NCBI GenBank assembly: GCA_019413925.1
Contig: DXMY01000031.1
Coordinates: forward strand, 5,427-69,426
Length of the DNA: 64,000 bases
Source: Collinsella sp.
Lineage (GTDB): Bacteria; Actinomycetota; Coriobacteriia; Coriobacteriales; Coriobacteriaceae
Direction of reading: 5' to 3'
Shown here one piece after another: positions 62,903-64,000 of this stretch; position 1 is the first letter of the stretch, and each line of letters opens with the position of its first letter. Below the pieces are notes generated by a model. That model was not told the origin of the DNA. It made no database searches and saw only the letters and a program-made list of their open reading frames with translations. A program made the position numbers and the translations under genes.

Positions 62903-64000
62903 ATGGCTGTTATTAATGTGCTGCCTTCGGATGGGAAGGTTATTGACGAGGGGCCTGTTGGTTGCTCTGTTGATGTTTGCTGTGATGATTTTCGCCATCT
63001 CGATATTGGGCTACCGCCTGAGATTCTTCGTCTTAAGGATGCCGGGTATTTGACGCAGGCTGTTGCCGCCTGCGATCGCCTTTTGGAGCAGAACCCTGAG
63101 CCTTCGCTGGCTGCCTGCGTTCGCGCCGAGCGGTATCGCATGATCGAGACGCCGCTTCATTTTTCGGTGTCGCGTGATCGGGCTATCGAGATGATCCGCG
63201 AGGAGTGGCCTGAGTTTACCGAAGAGCAGTTTGACGACCTGATTGACCGCAAGCGTATCGATTGGCGCTTTATCGATGGCGAGCTGTTCGTTCTTGACAA
63301 CTTCCTTGATTCTTTGCGCGTGTATCCCAAGGAGGTTCCGGGTCTGCGTCCCGATTCTGCGGATGGAATTGCGCTGCGCAACCAGATGCTCGAGGAGATG
63401 GAGTCGCAGGGCGGGCTGTCTCGCACCATTACGCTTAAGGCATGCGTGTCTGTCCCCGGTGCTTTGGAGGGGGAGACCGTTCGCGCGTGGCTTCCCGTTG
63501 CCGCCGCCTGCCGCCAGCAGTCCCAGGTCGAGATACTTGATATGACGCCGGAGGGGGCCATTGCTCCTGCGAGCGCCTCGGCGCGTACTGCCTCGTGGGT
63601 CTCCTCGACCGATCGCACATTCTCGGTGACCTATCGCTATCAAATCGATGCCGCTTATCGCGATATCTATGGGGGTGCACTTCCAGCGCATCCCTGTATG
63701 GACGCGCCGTTGCCCGAAGATATTTCCGAGGACCGTCCGCACATTGCATTCACGCCGTATCTGCAGCAGCTGACGGCCGGTGTTGTTGACGGACTCGAGG
63801 ATCCGCTCGATCGCGCCCGTGCTATCTATGATTACCTGACGCAGCATATCGACTATCGCTATCAGCCGCCGTACCTGCTTTTGGGATCTATTGCCGATGA
63901 CTGCGCGCATTCGCTCCGTGGCGATTGCGGCGTTATGGCGCTCACGTTCATCACCATGTGCCGTATCGCGGGCGTGCCTGCCCGTTGGCAGAGCGGCCTG
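62903..64000 (+). CDS. Transglutaminase-like cysteine protease domain protein (3' end outside window)
   Basis: Open frame from ATG 62903 to the window end (not in the ORF track because there is no stop). It ends with LRGDCGVMALTFITMCRIAGVPARWQSG, the transglutaminase-core Cys motif. Confidence 0.8.
   Translation, partial: MAVINVLPSDGKVIDEGPVGCSVDVCCDDFRHLDIGLPPEILRLKDAGYLTQAVAACDRLLEQNPEPSLAACVRAERYRMIETPLHFSVSRDRAIEMIREEWPEFTEEQFDDLIDRKRIDWRFIDGELFVLDNFLDSLRVYPKEVPGLRPDSADGIALRNQMLEEMESQGGLSRTITLKACVSVPGALEGETVRAWLPVAAACRQQSQVEILDMTPEGAIAPASASARTASWVSSTDRTFSVTYRYQIDAAYRDIYGGALPAHPCMDAPLPEDISEDRPHIAFTPYLQQLTAGVVDGLEDPLDRARAIYDYLTQHIDYRYQPPYLLLGSIADDCAHSLRGDCGVMALTFITMCRIAGVPARWQSGL

Noticed and set aside
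1-64000. tRNA, rRNA, tmRNA, integrase or prophage boundaries
   Set aside because: An eye scan for T-loop words (GGTTCGAATCC-like), rRNA-like AT/GC patterns and tyrosine or serine recombinase motifs found none. This is a weak negative that tRNAscan-SE and Infernal should confirm.

Overview
High-GC (most genes about 60-70% GC by eye) chromosomal segment. The gene content, AGGAGG-type ribosome-binding sites and an LAXTG sortase signal point to a Gram-positive actinobacterium. I infer Coriobacteriia (Collinsella-like), but that is not proven. I support about 58 protein-coding genes and saw no rRNA, tRNA or CRISPR array. Gene order: partial class-3 aldehyde dehydrogenase; a HIRAN / acidic peptide / metallophosphoesterase trio; a LicT-type antiterminator with RAT-terminator leader, PTS EIIBC and ChbG deacetylase; a DUF2130 protein; a Ski2-like DUF3516 helicase; TrmB; a Trm9/ALKBH8-like methyltransferase; a membrane XRE regulator with DUF4097; bacterial Elp3 with a coupled methyltransferase-fold protein; a TerB-N/TerB-C + DUF2791-type ATPase + Lhr-like helicase cassette (Shango-type defence candidate); DUF554; a five-gene secreted/surface operon; LctD-EtfBA (bifurcating-type lactate dehydrogenase candidate); HD hydrolase; AzlCD; KdgT; a GGDEF cyclase; a DMT transporter; large PurL; a cation/H+ antiporter; SDR; homoserine dehydrogenase; a LivKHMGF-type ABC transporter; an IS110 relic; a PadR-DUF1700-(truncated DUF4097) module; CutC; a GalT-like HIT protein; a BASS transporter; a RecJ-RecQ-like fusion; Rel; an MBL hydrolase; class II Fba; and a partial transglutaminase-like gene. 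The most notable observations are: (1) the Shango-type three-gene cassette, with an internal terminator and a helicase insertion; (2) a eukaryote/archaea-style Elp3 + Trm9-like wobble-uridine gene set clustered with trmB; (3) a single-polypeptide RecJ + RecQ-like helicase; (4) a csc-like surface operon with a tiny LAXTG-anchored peptide; (5) a family of GGGAA..TCCC / GGGGAAACGGGGCC repeats, including a MITE-like copy; (6) a rare-codon small ORF with a ribosome-binding site in a roughly 30% GC island ahead of the liv operon. All family assignments come from motif recognition by eye and need HMM or BLAST confirmation.
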